Shown here piece after piece: positions 1 through 10,893 of a DNA stretch of 64,000 nt (position 1 is its first letter; each line of letters opens with the position of its first letter). Under the pieces are notes generated by a model. It made no database searches and had not been told where the DNA came from. It saw nothing but the letters and a program-made list of their open reading frames with translations. The position numbers were made by a program, and so were the translations under genes. Origin of the DNA: Squalus acanthias (lineage: Eukaryota); assembly GCA_030390025.1 (NCBI GenBank), contig CM059433.1:15006001-15070000 (forward strand), given 5' to 3'.

Positions 1-148
1 ATAGGGGAGTCAAGGGTTATAGGGAACAGGCAGAAAAGTGGAGTTGAGGCCAAGATCAGATCAGCCATGTTCTTATTGAATGGTGGAGCAGGCTCGAGGG
101 GCCGAATGATCTACTCCTGCTCCTATTTCTTATGTTCTTATGTTCTTA
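1..148 (+). mobile_element. CR1 LINE 3' end
   Basis: CR1-type 3' UTR (gatcagccatg...ggccgaatg...ctcctgctcctatt) ending in a (TTCTTATG)n tail; same 3' UTR type recurs at 7735 and 46100. Confidence 0.8.
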
Positions 149-175
149 CAAGGTCATATCGGGATGGCAGGGTAG

Positions 176-1123
176 GTGGTGTGCCGCAACTGCAGCATGT
201 GGGAGTTTGTGGAGAGCATTTTGATCCCAGAGAACCACGTTTGCAGTAAGTGCCTGCATCTTGAGGAACTTCAGCTCAGAGTTTTTGAGCTGGAGTCTGA
301 GGTGCAGACCTTGTTGGGCATCACGGATGGGGAGAGTTCCCTGTACACTTTGATCCAGGAGGCAGTCACACCCCTTAGGTTAGGTTGTGGTACAGGTCTG
401 GTTAGTGGTCAGGGACAGGAGGGTGTGATTGCATCTCAGGCAGGTAAGGGGACCCCAGGTGCAGTGCTGGTGGAGCCTCAGCCTTTGCCCTTGTCCAACA
501 GGTATGAGGTTCTTGCTGCCTGTGTGGATGAGGGAAAAGCCTGCAGGATGGATGAGCAAGCTGACCATGGCACCATGGTGCAGGAGACCATTCAAGTGGG
601 TGGAGTGAAAGGGAATGTAGTTGTGGTAGGGGACAGTATAGTCAAGGGGATAGATACTGTTCTCTGCAGCCGCAACCGAGAGTTCTGAAGGTTGTGTTGC
701 CTGCCCGGTGCCAGGGTTAAAGACATCTCCTCGCAGCTGGAGGAGAACTTGGAGTGGGAGGGGGAGGATCCAGTTGTCGTGGTCTACATAGGTACCAATG
801 ACATAGGTAGAACTAGGAATGAGGTTCTTCTGTGGGAGTTTGAGGAGCTAGGATCCAAATTAAAAAGCAGAACCTCAAAAGTAATAATCTCTGGATTGTT
901 ACCTCAGCTACGCTCAAATTGGCATAGGGACAAACAGATTAGAGGTTTAAATGCGTGGCTCAAAGAGTGGTGTGGGAGGAAGGGGTTTCAGTTCATGGGG
1001 CACTGGCACCAGTACTGGGGAAAAAGGGAGTTGTTACATTGGGACGGGCTCCACTTAAACCGGGCTGGGACCAGAGTCCTGGCGAACCGAATAACTAGGG
1101 CAGTAGACAGGGCTTTAAACTAA
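176..1123 (+). pseudogene. CR1 ORF1: CxxC..CxxC zinc finger/leucine zipper plus SGNH esterase, with a premature TGA at 686-688
   Basis: CRNC..CSKC, GDSIV, PGA, GTNDI and DGLHLN motifs across ORFs 176-688 and 692-1123, which share a frame. Confidence 0.88.
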
Positions 1124-1329
1124 TGAAGGGGGTGGGGGGTGGGGGGGAGCTGGTAGGATTCAGGAAAGAGTATATTTAAAAGCAGCGAGAGAAATGTCAA
1201 GGCTCTAGAGCAGAGTAGAGTTTTGGGTAAAAATAAGCAGAGTGGGTCAGGAAGGGACAGAGAGAGTAACAAAGTTAATAAGGCATCAGTGACGAAGGTG
1301 ACATCAGGGAAAAATATAAATAAGTCAAA

Positions 1330-3199
1330 GCTAAAGGCACTATATCTGAATGCGTGAAGCATTCACAACAAAATAGATGAATTAATAGCGCAGATTGAAA
1401 TTAATAGGTTTGATCTAATAGCCATTACGGAGACATGGTTGCAATGTGCCCAAGGTTGGGAACTAAATATTCCAGGATACTTAACTTTTAGAAAAGATAG
1501 GCAAAATGGAAAAGGAGAAGGGGTAGCCCTGATAATAAAGGATGGGATAATTCAGTAGAGAGAAAGCATTATAGCTCCATAAATCAAGAAGTAGAATCAG
1601 TTTGGGTGGAGCTAAGAAATAGCAAGGGGCAGGAAACATTTGTGGGAGTTGTTTATAGGACCCCAAACAGTAGTTGTAATGTAGGGCAGAGTATAAATCA
1701 GGAAATTAGAGGTGCATGTAACAAGGGTAATATCGTAATCATGGGGGACTTTAATCTACACATAGACTGGGCAAACCAAATTTGCAGGAATAATGTGGAG
1801 GACGAATTCATGGAATGTATGCAAGATAGTTTTCTAGAACAGTATGTTGAGGTACCAACTAGGGGACAGGCTATTTTAGATCGAGTATTGTGCAATGAGA
1901 AAGGGTTAACTAATAACCTTGTAGTAAAGGCACCTTTCGGGATGAGTGACCATAATATGATAGAATTTTATATTGAGTTTGAAAGTGATTTATTTAAATC
2001 CAAAACTAGGGTCTTAAATCTAAACAAAGCAAACTACGTAGGTATGAGGGGAGAGTTGGCTAAGGTAGATTGGGAAACTACATTAAAAGGTATGACGGTA
2101 GACAAGCAATGGCTAGCATTTAAAGAATTAATGCATCATTTACAACAAATATACATTCCTTTAAGGCACAAAAACCCCACAGGAAAAGTGGTCCAACCAT
2201 GGCTAACAAGAGAAGTTAAAGTTAGTATTAGATCAAAGGAAGAGGCTTATAATGTTGCCAAAAAGAGTAGTAAGCCTGAAGATTGGGAGGATTTTAGAAT
2301 TCAGCAGAGGACCAAGAAATTGTTAAAGAAAGGGAAAATAGATTATGAGAGTAAACTAGTGAGAGACATAAAAACAGACTGTAAAAGCTTCTATAGGTAT
2401 GTAAAAAGGAAAAGATTAGCAAAAGTAAATGTGGGTCCCTTACAGGCTGAGACAGGAGAAATATAATGGGGAATAAGGATATGGCAGCGAAATTAATCAA
2501 ATATTTTGTGTTTGTCATCACGGAAGAAGACGCAAAAAACTTCCCGGAAATAGTGGAGAACCAAAGGTCTAGCGCATATGAGGAACTGAAAGAAATTAGT
2601 ATTAGTAAAAAAAAGTACTGGAGAAATTAATGGGACTGAAAGTCGATAAATCCCCAGGACCTGATGGCCTACATCCTAGGGTTTTGAAAGAGGTGGCTAT
2701 AGAGATAGTGAATGCATTGGTTGTCATTTTCCAAAATTCCATAGATTCTAGAATGGTTCCCGCAGATTGGAAGGTAGCAAATGTAACCCCACTATTTAAG
2801 AAAGGAGGGAGAGAGAAAATGGGGAACTACAGACCGGTGTAACTAATCGGGTACCACAAGGATCAGTGCTTTTTCACAATCTATATCAATGATTTGGATG
2901 AGGGGACCAAATGTAATATATCCAAGTTTGCTGATGATAAAAAGCTGGGTGGGAATGTAAGTTGTGAGGAGGATGCAAAGAGGCTTCAAGAGGATATAGA
3001 CAAGATAAGTGAGTGGGAAAGAACATGGCAAATGGAATATAATGTGGAGAAATGTGAAGTTATCCACTTTGGTAGGAAAAGTAGAAGAGCATAGTATTTT
3101 TTAAATGGTGAGAGATTGGGAAATGTTGGTGTTCAGAGGGACCTGGGTGTCCTTGTACACGAATCACTGAAAGTTAACATGCAGGTATAGCAAGCAATT
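1330..3199 (+). pseudogene. CR1 ORF2 (AP endonuclease and reverse transcriptase), with stops and frameshifts
   Basis: GVVYRTPN, MGDFN, PTRGQAILD, SDHNMI, SPGPDGLHP, ANVTPLFKKG, ISKFADD, WQMEYNVEKC. Confidence 0.9.
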
Positions 3200-3339
3200 G
3201 CGCGTTTAAATTAATTGGATTAATTGAAAGCGTCATGCGGATTTCCCGACCAATTAAATGGAGCGCGTCTGATGAGGTCACCGATGACTCGCTTTCAGCT
3301 CAGATATTTAAGGGAGCTTTGCATACATTACATAAAACC

Positions 3340-5086
3340 AGTGAAACCAAGAGGCCATGGCTGGAGAGCACACAAGAAGTGAGCAGCAGGGATGTTGTCA
3401 GCTGCTCCTGGGTCCTGTGCCACAAGAGATTTAATGATCTCATGAGGTCAGGAAAGGTGAGTACAATGCCACACTCAACTACATCCTGATGTGCCTGTCA
3501 CACAACCCCATCACTCTGCCTCCCCAAACCTACTCCTGCACGTCACTCCTCACACCAACCTACCTTGTAGGTGCACCCATCCCTCACTGTCTATGCACCT
3601 ATTCACATCCCCATCTGACTAACCACCACTGACGCTCACCTTCACTCTAATGCAATCCTACAAAGTAACACCACAGAAGGAGGCCATTTGGCAATGTCAT
3701 GCCACTCCCTCATAGTCGCCCTCTACAAATGTAGCCCATCCATCCCTTACACTCATTCCATCACTCTCACTCAAAGTTCTCTTCTTTCCCTCCTTGCAGG
3801 AGAAGAGAGCACAGAACAGGAGAGAAAGAGAAAGAAGCGGAGGTGGCCATCTAATATACACTAATTTGATGCCAGCAGAGGAGGACGAAATAAGTGGAGT
3901 GACAGAGCAGCTAGCGGTGGGAGACGGAGAGAGGGAGACCTCCCAGCAACCTGGTGACAGAATTAAATATCCCACATGGCATACAACAGTCACTCATGGT
4001 GACTGATATAAACAGTCAATGAAATATCATCATGTACATAATGGTAATGCTACACATTCTTATCATAAGAGGTCTAATTCATGGCTTTACTCTCCACAGG
4101 TCCATCATGTGCGGCCCCACCCCCCACCCCTGCACTGTCCCGCTGGAGGAGTAAGACTACTCCTCAGAGGAAGCTCCATTCTCTGAGGGTGCACCATCAC
4201 CAGACCCATGCGCACCCAGCACCAGCGCAATACGCGCATGTCAGTGCGTCCTGCGAGACTTAGAGTCGTGTTGTCACCTGGTGTCTCACACATCACAAGT
4301 GAGCAAGAGCAGATGGTGTTGACAGGGACGGCAGTGGAGAGAGTCCTCGCCAGAGGGCGCAGGAGGCTCCAACCTCTGCTCAGCTGCATGCAGACGCTGA
4401 GCTTCAGGGGGCCGGCGACAAAGAGGTTGATCTTGGAGGAGCAGCAACAAATGCGCGAGGCTGTGGCAGCTTTTCCAGCTGTGATGTGTGCGATTGTACA
4501 GAAAATGGGGGAGTCCATCTCCAACATGAGCACCACCATGTCGCAGGCGATGGTGACAATGTGCTGTTTCAAGGGAAGGGTGGCCACCTGCATGGATCAG
4601 CTAATGCGCCAGTCGAACGAGAACATGCTTGCTGTGAACAACAGATTGCAGATTCTTATTGACCTCATCTCTAGAAGGGATAGCAACGTAGACTTCGGTC
4701 CTCATCGCCCCACTGATGTGCAGCAAGGTGCTCTCCAGCTCCTTGCTGGCAGGGAAGTGCGGGTGGCCCATGAGAGGGACAATGCTGAGAGGGGACATGG
4801 AAGTGGGGGCTCTTTTCAAAGCACTCCCACTTCTCCCCCGTTGCCTCCCCCTCAGTCAGAGCCCCACATGCTGCCTCGGATCCCGATGGCCAAGTTTACC
4901 TCTGCACAGATGCAGGAGGAGCAATTTTTGGCGGGGCCATCACAGGCTCCAAATCTCAGAGGACATCTGCAAAAAGTGTCGAAGCAGTTGCAGCAGGGAA
5001 GTGAGCAGCCTACCTCTATCTCTGCTGAAGCCACAGGGGTTGCACCTTGTAGAAGCACTCGGAACACAAAAGGGACACAATCGTAG
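3340..5086 (+). pseudogene. Harbinger Myb/SANT-like gene remnant, three exons (about 3340-3457, 3800-3952, 4101-5086)
   Basis: CHKRFNDLMRSGK then GTGAGT donor; cttgcag acceptor then EKRAQNRRERERSGGG; ccacag acceptor then a long helical plus P/S-rich ORF. Confidence 0.75.
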
Positions 5087-5394
5087 ATGCATAAGGGTAT
5101 GCACATGGGTGTTTGCCACAATGTTCGTATTAAGTTTCAGTTCTATTTATGATGCACATAAATTTATTTCTTTGCACCACTTTCCCATCTTGTCCATTTT
5201 TGCCTGCTACCTGGGAAGTGGCTTTGTCACTTGGACTGAATGGTGAGACATTACTTAACCTCAAGCAATGGGTGTTTGTTTGACAGGAATGGTTTGGTCA
5301 TTTTAGGACTGCTTTGTGGTGTTAGTGGGGGGCGGAGGGGCAGGGAAGTTGGTACAGCATCTGGGAGTCAGATGGGTGCACTGATGCAACTTAA

Positions 5395-6605
5395 CTAAGT
5401 TGAGCCATAATGAGGCCATCCCAGACCTCCCGTTCAGCAATGTGCACTGCTGCTGGTGCCATCTCCATCTCAGGTTCCTCCTCCTTCTCCTCATGTTCCA
5501 CCTGTTCCTCCTCCTCCAAAGCGGTTGTGCGCTCTGCACCTTGCTCCTCCTGCAGCTCCAATCCTCACTGCTACGGTATGTTGTGCAGCGCGAAGCATAC
5601 GACGATGATTCTGGAGACCCTGGCTGGTGCATACTGAAGGGTTCCTCCAGATCTGTCAAGGCATCTGAAGCGCAGCTTCAGCATGCCGATTGCTTGCTCT
5701 ATGACACATCTGGTCAAGATGTGGCTTTCATTATAGCGCTCCTTGACCTCATTGCTTGGCATTACTTGTCATAAGCCACATCTTCAGTGGATAGCCCTTG
5801 TCTCCAAGCAGCCAGCCGGTGAGTCTGTTCGGAGGTGTGAAGAGCTGAGGGAGGGTGGACTGGCGCAGGATGAAAGAGTCATGACAGCTCCCTGGGAATC
5901 TGGCGCACACATGCATGATCATCTTTTTATGGTTGCAGACAAGCTGCACATTGAGGGAGCGGAAGCTCTTCCGGTTCACAAACATTCCTGGGTGATCTGG
6001 GGGTACCTTGATGGCCACAATTGTGCAGTCGATGATGCCCTGCACCTGTGGGAAGCCCAGACAGAGCTGCAAAGCCAAGTGCCAGCTCAGTAACACTGGC
6101 TTCATCAGTGGCAAAGTTTACATAAGTGGCTGACTTGTCAAACATGGCATCGGTCACCTGGGTGATGCATCTGTGGGCAGCTGACTGCGAGATGTCTGCT
6201 GCAGATCCCTGGAAGGAGCATGAGGCGAGGAAGTTGAGGGCCGTGGTGACTTTGACAGCCACTGGTAAAAAGTGTCCGCCAGGTCTTCTGGGCAGCAGGT
6301 TTTCTTCCAGCAAGCTACAAAAGTCTGTCATGACTTGGTGTGATAGGCTGATCCTACTGTGAAGCACTGCTGTTCAATCATGTCCAGGAAGCTCATCCTC
6401 TGCCTGTATACCCTGTGTTGGGGGTTTCGCCTCCGGTGCGGTGCACCCCTGTGCTGATCTCTTCTCTCCTGTGGAGCATTAGGTCAGTGAGGAGAAGGCT
6501 GCTGGTGTTGCTACTGCTGCTGATGGTGTGGCTGGTGCTGTTGGTGCTGGGGCTCACCTTGGTTGAATCTGAGGTCCAAGGTGAAACAACATAAGCGGCA
6601 CCCAT
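5395..6605 (-). pseudogene. Harbinger DDE transposase, frameshifted
   Basis: [61 protein letters not shown] spread over several frames. Confidence 0.9.
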
Positions 6606-7086
6606 GCTGATCTGATAGATACCAGATAAAGTGGAGATCAGAGGCACAATCCTCTAGTGTAGTGTGAGTGATCAGCAATGTGGTGAGAGTGGCTTCTGAG
6701 GTTTGCTGACAGCAAAATCTCTACCCAAAATGGTGTCAGCAAGAGCCTTTCCCTTAGACAAGGAAGCAGGTGTAACGTATGAGTATTTATGTGCTTTTTC
6801 CAGCTGTCACTTAATGAACTCGCACAATGGCCACTCAGCTCCCACCTTGCCTTCACAGGCGAGCTTCCCGAAGCCCGTGAATCCCGTGCGCATCCAGTTA
6901 AAGATGAAACCTCATGTTAAAAAGGCTCTTAAGGGTCTCTCAATGAGCAGTTAACTACCTCAATGAGGTCGCCCGCCTCTCCTGAGCGGGTCCGTGGCAC
7001 GCCTCGAAACGCACCCAGTTAAATGCAGAAGTTGGCGGGATGACGGCGGGTTCCCGATGCGCTGTCAATTTCCGCGCTTTTAATTT

Positions 7087-7260
7087 GGGTCAAAATCCTG
7101 GAACTCCCTCCCTAACAGCACTGTGGGAGTACCTTCACCACACGGACTGCAGCGGCTCAAGAAGGCGGCTCACCACCACCTTCTCAAGGGCAACTAGGGA
7201 TGGGCAATAAATGCTGGCCTTGCCAGCGACGCCCACATCCCAGGAACGAATAACAAAAAA
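7087..7260 (+). mobile_element. Short 3' end of a CR1/L2-group LINE inserted in the H1 subterminal region
   Basis: Near-identical to 60112-60286 and to the reverse complement of 17411-17585; A-rich tail. Confidence 0.88.
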
Positions 7261-7734
7261 CTGCCGACCCGCTCCCAAACCCGCGCGCTCTGCAATGTGA
7301 AAATTCCGGCCGATGTTTCAGTCCTTCCAGAATTTGCCACTGTTACATTAATCATTTCCTGCTGGTTATTGTTGAATTCTCTTTTACAGGCACGGATATA
7401 AAATAAAGGCAATGAAACACTTATAATGCATTGCAGCACCATTACAAATTACACAAACATTAAATAGCAACAGTTCAAAGTGCAACATTTCACTGTTCGC
7501 TCGTGTTGAGCCCCAAAATAAAATATAGAAAGTTCGGACAAGGAAAGCAAGCCCCAGATCCTGAAGAGAAAGTAAATCTCGAGGGGCAAAACCTGATAGA
7601 TTTCTAAGAGGGCCGTGACAATTTTACATTTGTGCGCATGTTATACTGCAAACCCTCTCCTTGGAGTCAAAGATATTTAAAAAGAAAGCTATTTTATTGG
7701 TTCACCTCCTACTTGCCAGTTGTTTATTAGTAAT

Positions 7735-8319
7735 TCATAGAAACATAGAAAAATAGGAGCAGGAGTAGGCCAGTCGGTCCTTCGAGCCTGCTCCGCCATT
7801 CAATATGATCATGGCTGATCCTCTATCTCAATACCATATTCCCGCTCTCTCCCCATACCCCTTGATGCCTTTTGTGTCTAGAAATCTATCTATCTCCTTC
7901 TTAAATATATTCAGTGACACGGCCTTCTGTGGTAGAGAATTCCACAGGTTCACCACCCTCTGAGTGAAGAAATTTCTCCTTATCTCAGTCCTAAATGTCC
8001 TACCCCGTATCCTGAGACTGTGACCCCTCGTTCTAGACCCCCCCAGCCAGGGGAAACATCCTCCCTGCATTCAGTCTGTCTAGCCCTGTCAGAATTTTAT
8101 ACGTTTCAATGAGATCCCCTCTCATTCTTCTAAACTCTAGTGAATACAGGCCTAGTCGACCCAATCTCTCCTCATACAACAGTCCTGCCATCCCAGGAAT
8201 CAGTCTGGTAAACCTTCACTGCACTCCCGCTCTGGCAAGTATATCCTTTCTTAGGTAAGGAGACCAAAACTGCACACACTACTCCAGGTGTGGTCTCACC
8301 AAGGCCCTGTATAACTGTA
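7735..8319 (-). mobile_element. CR1 LINE 3' fragment
   Basis: RTRGHSLRI..RNFFTQRVVNLWNSLP and an octamer tail (catagaaa)n. Confidence 0.9.
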
Positions 8320-8414
8320 CAATAGCAAAATACTGCGGATGCTGGAAAACTGAAATAACAACAGAAAGCGCTGGAAAAACTCAGCAGGCCAGGCAACATC
8401 CGTGGAGAGAGAAA

Positions 8415-8456
8415 CAGAGTTAACGTTTCAGGTCGAAGACCCTTCGTCAGAACTGA
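8415..8456 (-). ncRNA. Minimal type I hammerhead ribozyme (Penelope-type)
   Basis: Minus strand reads agtt-CTGACGA-ag-ggtc-ttc-gacc-t-GAAAC-GTTA-act: both core boxes, stem II hairpin, palindromic stem III, short stem I. Confidence 0.8.
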
Positions 8457-8701
8457 GAAAAAAGAAGGAAATTAAACAGATGAAAAAGCAAGTTTGGAGG
8501 CTGGGGGAGGGAATAAAAGAACAAAAGGGAAGGTCTGTGAGAAGTAAAGAGACATAAAGAGATACTCAAGGCGAGACGAGATGATAATAGGACAGGTTAA
8601 GAAACAAAAGATGGCTCTAGAAGTGTGAAATGCGCTGGCAGAATGAAAGACAGCTGCCATGTGGGAGAGAAAGAAAAGGGAAAAGGCACAAACCAAAAGT
8701 G

Positions 8702-8819
8702 CCTCTTGCATTGTTCCACGGAAGCTCAGCGTAAGCTCGAGGAACAGCACCTCATCTTCCGATTAGGCACTTTACAGCCTTCCGGACTCAACATAGAGTT
8801 CAACAATTTCAGATCATAA
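8702..8819 (+). pseudogene. C-terminal fragment of a Penelope GIY-YIG endonuclease
   Basis: CLLHCSTEAQRKLEEQHLIFRLGTLQPSGLNIEFNNFRS-stop fits the R..E...I..L.T..P.GLN motif. Confidence 0.8.
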
Positions 8820-9111
8820 CCTCGATCCCTACCATATATATATATATATGTGTATTTTTTATCCACACTTTTGGTTTGTGCCTTTTCCCTTTTTTTCTCT
8901 CTCCCACATGGCAGCTGTCTTTCATTCTGCCAGCGCATTTCACACTTCTAGAGCCATCTTTTGTCTCTTAACCTGTCCTATTACCATCTCGTCTCGCCTT
9001 GAGTATCTCTTAATGTCTCTTTACTTCTCACAAACCTCCCCTTTTGTTCTTTTATTCCTCCCCCCAACCTCCAAACTTGCTTTTTCATCTGTTTCATTTC
9101 CTGCTTTTTTC

Positions 9112-9153
9112 TCAGTTCTGACGAAGGGTCTTCGACCTGAAACTTTAACTCTG
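9112..9153 (+). ncRNA. Minimal type I hammerhead ribozyme, second copy, with G>T in stem III
   Basis: CTGACGA at 9118-9124, ggtc-ttc-gacc hairpin, GAAAC at 9139-9143, then tttaact. Confidence 0.7.
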
Positions 9154-10026
9154 TTTCTCTCTCCACAGATGTTGCCTGGCCTGCTGATTCTGTTGTTATT
9201 CCTGTATAACTGTAGTTCACTTCACTGCTTGGGCATTCATGGGTTTCTTACCTGTTTGGTAATATCGCAGGCAATCAGCATCACTCACTTAGCAAGGCTT
9301 TGTCCCTTTGTGAATATAGCTAAGCTAATTACGTAGAAGTGTGACATTTGTGCATGGACTGCTGCTATTTAGGTAAATAGTACAGAATTGTTCATTATGG
9401 TAGGCTTTGAGAATGGAAACAACCACTTCTTCATGCCAATTTTCTGCAGTAATGTGAAGCAGGATATACAGATCAACCTGCTGTATAAATTGCTGGTGTA
9501 AATCTAATTTCGATCTGAACAAGTAATAAGAAGCCAGCACATGCATCAGGTAGGTACTTTAATATATACGAGTATATTAACTGACCTGCTTCAGCAACCC
9601 TCACAATAAACCCTAGGGGGTGAAATTCACCTTGGGTCATCCTGACCCGAACTGAATGTGATCTCACTGGGGGTGAAAGAATAACCAAGAGTATTACAGA
9701 ACATTCCTTCTTAGAAAATCAACACTCAGTCTGTTTACATTACTGCTGCTACACACTGACATATTGTCTGTCAAAATGTTAGTAAAGTTTGACGTTTTAA
9801 AATCCCATGGTAGGGAATGCATAACTTGCTAACACCAGAGAAAACTCAAACTTTGATATGTATACTTCGAGAGAAGAAAAGACTGCTGCATTTTACATGA
9901 CATTGGGATGTGTCAAATCGAGTGATTTGCAGTCATCAGTATCAGTTGTGAAGTATTTTACATCGACTTCGTCATCATACAGTGACGTTTTAAATGGTCA
10001 ATAACCTGCTATCTCTGGCTGATGTA

Positions 10027-10358
10027 GGTCTAGGCTGATGCTTCAGTGCAGTACTGAAAGAGTGAGATGTTAAATCGAAGCCACGTCTGCCCTCTCAGGT
10101 TGATGTAAAAGATCCCATTCAAAGAAGAGCAGGGGCGTTCTCCTGGTGTCCTGGCCAATATTTACCCCTCAACCAACATCACTAAAAAAAAGATGATCTG
10201 GTCATTATCATTGTCTTTGTGGGACCTTGCTGTATGCAAATTGGATGCCATGTTTCCTACATTACAACAGTGGCTACACTTCAAAAGTCCTGTAAAGAGC
10301 TTTGGGATGTCCTGAGGTTGTGAAAGGTGCTATATAAATGCAAGTCTTTCTTTCTTTC
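10027..10358 (+). mobile_element. 5'-truncated DeuSINE-type SINE (SacSINE1/AmnSINE1-like)
   Basis: Colinear with 29842-30283; gaagagcagggg..gtgtcctggccaatattt core and gctatataaatgcaagtctttc tail. Confidence 0.8.
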
Positions 10359-10364
10359 ACACAA

Positions 10365-10893
10365 CACACAGGGGCAGGAGTAGGCCATTCAGCACCTCAA
10401 TCCTGTTCCACCATTCAATTAGTTAATGGCTGATCTGTATCTTAACTCTATTTACCTGCCTTGGTTCCGTAGCCTTTAATACCCTTGCCAAACAAAAATC
10501 TATTATCCTCAGTTTCAAAATTTTCAACTGTTTGTTGGGGAAGAGAGTTCTAGTTTTCCACTACCCTTTGTGTGAAGAAGTGCTGACTGACATCACCCCT
10601 CTATGGCCAAGCTCTAATTTTAAGGTTATGCTCCCTTGTTCTGGATTTCCCCACCAGAGGAAAGAGTTTCTCTCTTTCTACCCTATCAACCCCTTTAATA
10701 ATCTTCAACACCTAAATGATATCACCCCTCAATCTTTTATACTCAAGGGAGTACAAGCCTAGTCAATGCAACCTGTCCTCATAATTTAACCCTTTTAGCC
10801 CCGGTATCATTCTGCTGACCCTGCGCTGCACCCCCTCCAAGGCCAATATATCCTTCCTGAGGTGCGGAGCCCAGAACTGAACGCAGTACTCTA
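10365..10893 (-). mobile_element. Old CR1 LINE 3' fragment
   Basis: gcaggagtaggccattcag 3' UTR and reverse-complement RT C-terminal sequence (EYCVQFWAPHLRKDI). Confidence 0.8.

Larger units (their letters stand above)
150..3199 (+). mobile_element. Degenerate CR1 LINE with ORF1 and ORF2, internally deleted near 2840, 3' end missing
   Basis: ORF1 zinc finger plus esterase, then ORF2 APE (GDFN, SDHN) and RT (SPGPDG, NYRP, KFADD). Confidence 0.9.
3200..7310. mobile_element. Degenerate PIF/Harbinger transposon (H1); left end deleted, right TIR ...gaaaattccggcc
   Basis: Convergent Myb-like (+) and transposase (-) remnants; terminal motif resembles other Harbinger ends in the window. Confidence 0.85.
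8320..9200 (+). mobile_element. 5'-truncated Penelope-like retroelement with an inverted terminal repeat copy; 14-bp TSD CCTGTATAACTGTA
   Basis: About 8354-8701 is the reverse complement of about 8866-9200; the spacer encodes a GIY-YIG C-terminus (RKLEEQHLIFRLGTLQPSGLN); direct repeat at 8306-8319 and 9201-9214. Confidence 0.88.
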
